A stretch of DNA of 34,623 nucleotides from NCBI GenBank assembly GCA_031459625.1, contig JAVKIH010000002.1:1-34623 (forward strand), written 5' to 3'. Every line of letters begins with the position of its first letter. Position 1 is the first letter of the stretch. The position numbers were made by a program, and so were the translations under genes. Positions 29,805-34,623 of this stretch are shown in pieces. The stretch is from Candidatus Geohabitans tengchongensis. Its GTDB lineage: Bacteria > Sysuimicrobiota > Sysuimicrobiia > Sysuimicrobiales > Humicultoraceae. The notes beneath the pieces were generated by a model. The model was not told where the DNA came from and ran no database searches. It saw only the letters and a program-made list of their open reading frames with translations.

Positions 29805-32525
29805 TCAGGGAGGGACGGTCCCCGCTGCGGCCTGCGGCGGTGAGACGCCGGGAGACGGCCCCCCGGCTGCCGCCATGGGAGACGACCCGCCAGCCGCCGT
29901 CACCGGAGACGACGCGCCGGCCGCCGCCACGGCCCGGCCGACCGCGCTGCGCTTGGGCGCGGCCACCCGGGAGGCCGGGGCGTCGCGCATGGGCAGGCGG
30001 GTGCGGCGGATGCCGTCGTAGGCGTGGAGGGCCCCGGCCACGGCAGCGGCGGTGGGCACCATGCCGATCTCCCCGACGCCCTTGGCCCCGTAGGGCCCCT
30101 CCGGCTGCGGCTCCTCCACGAAGATGCACTCCACCTCGGGCATGGCCGTCGCCGGCCAGATCCCCAGCGACTTCAGCGTGTCGGTCACCGGCACCCCGCC
30201 CTCCACCACGAACTCCTCCGAGAGGGCGTAGCCGAGGCCCATGTGCACCGAGCCCTCGATCTGCCCCTCCAGCAGGGTGGGGTTGATCACCTTGCCGACA
30301 TCGTGGGCGCAGACCACCTTCGCCACCCGCCCCTGGTCGTCGAGGATGACCACCTGGGTGGCCCAGCCGTAGGCGAAGTGGGTGACCGGGTTGGGGACGC
30401 CGAGCTTCGTGGTCCAGTCCACCACGAACTCGCCGTAGAACTCCTGGCCGGCCAGCTCCTCCAGCCGCCGCCCGTCCAGCGCCGCCCGCAGCCGGCGCGC
30501 CGCCTCGATCACCGCCCGTCCGCCGAGCACCGTGGAACGCGAGGCGGTGCACTGCCCGGTGTTCAGCTCGCGGATGGTGTCCACCACGACGCGCACGCGG
30601 TCGGCGGTGAGGCCCAGCTCCTCGCAGGCGATCTGCTGCAGCGCCGTGTGCACCCCCTGCCCCATCTCCGTCCAGGAGTGGAAGAGGATGACGGTGCCGT
30701 CGGCCTCGGGGCGCAGGATGGCCTTGCCGTATTCGGCCAGCCCGTTGCCCACCCCGGTGTTCTTCACCCCGCAGGCGATGCCGGCGTAGCGCGCCGAGCG
30801 GTAGATGTCGCGCACCGCCAGCAGCGTCCGCTTCAGGCCCACGCCGGGGCCGAGGCGCTGGCCGGTGGCGAAGATGTCTCCCGTCTCCAGCGCGTTGCGC
30901 CAGCGGATCTCCCAGGGGTCGATGCCCACGCGCTCGGCCAGGCGGTCGAGCATCCCCTCCATGGCGAAGGCCACCTGGGGCACCCCGAAGCCGCGCATCG
31001 CCCCCGCCGGCGGGTTGTTGGTGTAGACGGCGGTGGCCTCCACGTCGACGGCCGGGACCCGGTAGGGGCCGCAGGCGTGCCCGGCGGCGCGCTCCAGCAC
31101 CTTGTCCCCCACGCTGGCATAGGCGCCGGTGTCGCCCACGATGCGCGCCCGCACCGCCACCAGGTGCCCCTCGGCGTCGCAGCCCACCGTGTAGGTCATC
31201 GTCAGGGGGTGGCGCTTGGTGTGGAAGCGGATGGACTCGCGGCGGGAGAGGGTGACCAGCACCGGGCGCCCCGTGAGGACCGCCAGGAGAGCGGCGTGGC
31301 ACTGGACGTTCAGGTCCTCCTTGGCGCCGAAGGCGCCGCCGTTGCTCACCTGGGTGACGCGCACCCGGTCCTCCGGCCACCCCAGGAAGGAGGCCACCTG
31401 CCGGCGGTCGTCCCAGGGCCCCTGGCCCTGGGAGTAGACGTGCAGCGTCCCGTCGGCTTCCGGGACCACCAGCGCGGACTCCGGCTCGAGGAAGGCGTGC
31501 TCGATGAACTGGGTCTGGAAGGTCTCGGTCAGGACGTGCGCCGCACTGGCCAGGGCGGCGTCGACGTCGCCGCGCTTGACCGTGGAGACCGAGAGGACGT
31601 TGCCGCGCTCGTGCAGGCGCGGCGCGTCGGGCTGCAGGGCCTGGACAGGATCCGTGACAGGCTCGAGGACCTCGTACTCCACCTCGATCAAGGCTGCGGC
31701 TTCCCGGGCCGCGGCCCGTGACGTCGCAGCGACGGCCGCCAGCACGTCCCCCACGTAGGCGGTGGTCTCCCCCTCGGCCACGAACTGGCGCCAGTCCCGC
31801 GTGATGAGCCCCTGGGTCCGTTCGCCGGGGACGTCGCGCCAGGTGGCCACCGCCACCACGCCCGGGTAGGCGCGCGCCTTCGTGGTGTCGATGCGCACCA
31901 CCCGCGCCCGCGGGTGGTCCGAGAAGCGCAGCGCCCCGTGCAGCAGGCCGGGGACGCGCAGGTCGTTCACGTAGGGTTTGGTGCCCAGCGCGAGCTCCCG
32001 CCCCTCGTACCGTCCCGTGCGCGAGCCCACCCGGCCGCTCCAGTCCACCGCGGGCGGGGGCACCCCCCGCCCGGCCGCCGCCACGTGCTCGATGGCGTCG
32101 ACGATCTTCACGTACCCGGTGCAACGGCAGAGGTTCCCGGCCAGCGCGCGGGCGATCTCGGCGCGGGAGGGGGTCGGCTGGCGCGCCAGCAGCGCCTCCG
32201 CCTTCATGACGATGCCGGGGGAGCAGAAGCCGCACTGGGAGGCGCCGGCGGCCACGAAGCAGTCGGCCCACAGGGCGCGGCGTTTGGGGGGCAGCCCCTC
32301 CAGCGTCGTCACCTGCCGCCCGGCCACCCGCGCCGCCGGCTGGGCGCAGGAGACCACGGCGCGGCCATCCACCATGACGGTGCAGGCGCCGCACGACCCC
32401 TCCGGCGCGCACCCGTCCTTCATGGAGGTGAGCCCGCACTGCTCCCGCAGGACCTCCAGCAGGCTGGCGCCGGGTGGGGCCTCGACGGTGACCGGCCGGC
32501 CGTTCAGCGTGAAGGCGATGGCCAT
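29805..32525 (-). CDS. Molybdenum hydroxylase, fused 2x[2Fe-2S] and Mo-binding subunit (selenium-dependent xanthine dehydrogenase-like)
   Basis: GC..EGSCGAC, QCGFC, LCRCTGY; GGAFGAKE, MRGFG, EMGQG and GAKGVGE. Confidence 0.92.
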   Translation of the reverse strand: MAIAFTLNGRPVTVEAPPGASLLEVLREQCGLTSMKDGCAPEGSCGACTVMVDGRAVVSCAQPAARVAGRQVTTLEGLPPKRRALWADCFVAAGASQCGFCSPGIVMKAEALLARQPTPSRAEIARALAGNLCRCTGYVKIVDAIEHVAAAGRGVPPPAVDWSGRVGSRTGRYEGRELALGTKPYVNDLRVPGLLHGALRFSDHPRARVVRIDTTKARAYPGVVAVATWRDVPGERTQGLITRDWRQFVAEGETTAYVGDVLAAVAATSRAAAREAAALIEVEYEVLEPVTDPVQALQPDAPRLHERGNVLSVSTVKRGDVDAALASAAHVLTETFQTQFIEHAFLEPESALVVPEADGTLHVYSQGQGPWDDRRQVASFLGWPEDRVRVTQVSNGGAFGAKEDLNVQCHAALLAVLTGRPVLVTLSRRESIRFHTKRHPLTMTYTVGCDAEGHLVAVRARIVGDTGAYASVGDKVLERAAGHACGPYRVPAVDVEATAVYTNNPPAGAMRGFGVPQVAFAMEGMLDRLAERVGIDPWEIRWRNALETGDIFATGQRLGPGVGLKRTLLAVRDIYRSARYAGIACGVKNTGVGNGLAEYGKAILRPEADGTVILFHSWTEMGQGVHTALQQIACEELGLTADRVRVVVDTIRELNTGQCTASRSTVLGGRAVIEAARRLRAALDGRRLEELAGQEFYGEFVVDWTTKLGVPNPVTHFAYGWATQVVILDDQGRVAKVVCAHDVGKVINPTLLEGQIEGSVHMGLGYALSEEFVVEGGVPVTDTLKSLGIWPATAMPEVECIFVEEPQPEGPYGAKGVGEIGMVPTAAAVAGALHAYDGIRRTRLPMRDAPASRVAAPKRSAVGRAVAAAGASSPVTAAGGSSPMAAAGGPSPGVSPPQAAAGTVPP

Positions 32526-32534
32526 GACCTCACC

Positions 32535-33482
32535 TCACTCCAGGGTGATGCGGGTCCCGGCGTCCCCGGCGAGCGCCCGCTCCAGGTTGGGCGGGTCGGT
32601 GATGATGGCCTCCCGGCCTCCCCGCTCCAGGTAGCCGATCACCGCTTCGATCTTGGGCGCCATGCTCCCCTGCCCGAAGTGCCCCTCGGCCAGGTAGCGG
32701 CGGGCCTCCGGCACCGTCAGGCGGCTGAGCCACTGTTGCTCGGGCCGCCCGTAGTGGAGGGCGACCTGGGGCACGGCGGTGGTGATGACGAAGAGGTCGG
32801 CCCCGATCAGGGTGGCGAGCAGCGAGGAGGCCAGGTCCTTGTCGATGACCGCGGCCACGCCGCGCAGGTTGCCCTCCGCGTCCCGCACCACGGGGATCCC
32901 CCCGCCCCCCACGCCGATGACGACGAACCCCTCGGCCAGCAGGCGCCGGATCGCCTCCACCTCCACGATACGCCGCGGCCGCGGCGACGGCACCACCCGC
33001 CGCCATCCCCGCCCGGCGTCCTGCACCACCGTCCACCCCTCGGCCTGGCGCTGGCGGGCCTTGGCCTCGTCCATGAAGGAGCCGATGGGCTTGGTGGGGT
33101 GCTGGAAGGCGGGGTCCCCCGGGTCCACCTCCACCTGGGTGACGACGGTGACGGCCTGGCGCACGAGGCCCCGGCGCTGGAACTCGTTGTGGAAGTGCTG
33201 CTGGATCATGTAGCCGATGGCCCCCTGGGTGTCCGCCCCGCAGACGTCCAGGGGCACCTCGTGCAGCTCGTGGGCGGCCAGCTCCGACCGGCGCAGGATG
33301 AACCCGATCTGGGGGCCGTTGCCGTGGGTGACCACCACTGACCACCCGTCGGCCACCATGGGGACGATGCGCTGCACCGTCTCCCCCACGGCGGCGTACT
33401 GGTCGGGGACGGTCTGGTGCTGGGGGTCTTTGATCAGCGAGTTGCCGCCGATGGCCACCACGGCGGTGCGGGACCTGGCCAT
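32535..33482 (-). CDS. arcC: Carbamate kinase
   Basis: VVAIGGNSL, THGNGPQIG, PTKPIG, RRVVPSP, VIDKD and GSMAPK. Confidence 0.95.
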   Translation of the reverse strand: MARSRTAVVAIGGNSLIKDPQHQTVPDQYAAVGETVQRIVPMVADGWSVVVTHGNGPQIGFILRRSELAAHELHEVPLDVCGADTQGAIGYMIQQHFHNEFQRRGLVRQAVTVVTQVEVDPGDPAFQHPTKPIGSFMDEAKARQRQAEGWTVVQDAGRGWRRVVPSPRPRRIVEVEAIRRLLAEGFVVIGVGGGGIPVVRDAEGNLRGVAAVIDKDLASSLLATLIGADLFVITTAVPQVALHYGRPEQQWLSRLTVPEARRYLAEGHFGQGSMAPKIEAVIGYLERGGREAIITDPPNLERALAGDAGTRITLE

Positions 33483-33498
33483 GCTGCGCGCGCCTCCC

Positions 33499-34476
33499 CT
33501 AGCTCATCGTCAGGGCCATGACGGCCTTCTGGACGTGCAGGCGGTTCTCCGCCTGGTCGTAGACGACCGACTGCGGGCCGTCGATCACCGCGTCCGTCAC
33601 CTCGATGTTGCGGTCGGCCGGCAGCGGGTGCATGTAGATGGCGTCCTCCCGGGCCAGCCGCATGCGCCGCTCGTCGGTGATCCAGTCCCGGTAGCGCTCG
33701 GCCAGCTCGGCGCCCTCGGCGTCGCTGCGGCCCGAGGCCATCGCCCCCCAGCTCTTGGCGTAGATGACGTCCGCCCCGCGGAAGCCCGCGTCGAAGTCGT
33801 CCAGGACCTCGAAGCCCACCCGGGCCCGCCGGGCGTTCTCCCGGGCCTGCTCCAGGACCTCGGGGAGCAGGTCGAAGCCCGGCGGGTGGACCAGCCGCAC
33901 GTTCAGCCCGAAGCGCGGCATCAGCAGGACGAGGTCCTGGGGGATGCTGAGCGGCTTCTGGTAGCTGGCGGCGTAGGCCCAGCTCACCGTGATCGTCCGG
34001 CCGCGCGGGTCGCCGAGCTTCTCCAGGATGGTCAGCAGGTCGGCCAGGGTCTGGTGGGGGTGGAAGCGGTCGCACTGCATGTTCAGCACGGGGGCGCGAC
34101 TGGCCTCGGCCACCGCGCGGATGTAAGCGTGGCCCGTCCCCCAGTCGACGTGGCGGATGGCGATGCCGTCGCAGTAGCGCCCCAGGATCTCGCCGATCTC
34201 CTTGGGGGTGTCGCCGTGGGCGATCTGGGTGGTGCGGCTCTCGATGAACTGGGCGTGGCCGCCCAGCTGGGCCATGCCCGCCTCGAAGGACGCCCGGGTG
34301 CGCGTGCTGGCGTAGAAGAAGAGCATGGCCAGGACCTTGTCGCGCAGGTAGGGGTGGGGCTGGCCCAGCGCCCGCAGCCGCTTGAGCGCCACGGCGGTCT
34401 CCAGCACGGTCTCGATCTCTTCCTTGCTCCACTCCTGGAGGCTGATCAGGTCGCGGCCGCGCAGGTGCGTCTGCAC
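33499..34476 (-). CDS. Carbamoyltransferase, YgeW/knotted-type (probably catabolic)
   Basis: STRTR, HPHQ and HPLP motifs, plus SWAYAASYQKPLSIPQ, which resembles the YgeW loop rather than canonical ArgF. Confidence 0.8.
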   Translation of the reverse strand: MQTHLRGRDLISLQEWSKEEIETVLETAVALKRLRALGQPHPYLRDKVLAMLFFYASTRTRASFEAGMAQLGGHAQFIESRTTQIAHGDTPKEIGEILGRYCDGIAIRHVDWGTGHAYIRAVAEASRAPVLNMQCDRFHPHQTLADLLTILEKLGDPRGRTITVSWAYAASYQKPLSIPQDLVLLMPRFGLNVRLVHPPGFDLLPEVLEQARENARRARVGFEVLDDFDAGFRGADVIYAKSWGAMASGRSDAEGAELAERYRDWITDERRMRLAREDAIYMHPLPADRNIEVTDAVIDGPQSVVYDQAENRLHVQKAVMALTMS

Positions 34477-34477
34477 G

Positions 34478-34623
<146 letters not shown>

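Noticed and set aside
29840..29930. Imperfect repeats of about 27-30 nt (AAGxSSP) at the end of the Mo-hydroxylase gene
   Set aside because: Only about three degenerate copies without unique spacers; a low-complexity tail, not CRISPR.

Overview
A very GC-rich bacterial chromosomal window, almost entirely encoded on the minus strand. (1) Bases 1-2185 hold a decayed sedentary integron with visibly lower GC in the cassettes. It has a broken intI remnant oriented toward its cassettes, two attC sites and three cassettes (DUF3052, GNAT, and a DsrE-family gene missed by the ORF track and cut by an IS256-family element). (2) Bases 2238-12863 hold the nucleotide-excision-repair cluster uvrB-uvrA-aminotransferase-(gene fragments)-uvrC. 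UvrB carries a 535-aa intein inserted in its Walker A motif, and the intein contains a LAGLIDADG endonuclease and an XRE-like HTH. (3) The middle is housekeeping: a cold-shock gene, polA-coaE, an ECF sigma/anti-sigma pair, tRNA-Leu(CAA), and dnaE-TlpA-DUF881-FAD oxidoreductase. (4) An RHH/PIN toxin-antitoxin pair follows, whose toxin appears to start at CTG. (5) The right end holds a purine-catabolism-like operon: two carbamoyltransferases, carbamate kinase, a molybdo-hydroxylase, an SsnA-like amidohydrolase, an LLM oxidoreductase and a FAD subunit. Several internally deleted pseudogene remnants and leaderless-type promoters are scattered through the window. All family assignments come from motif recognition by eye; no database search was run.
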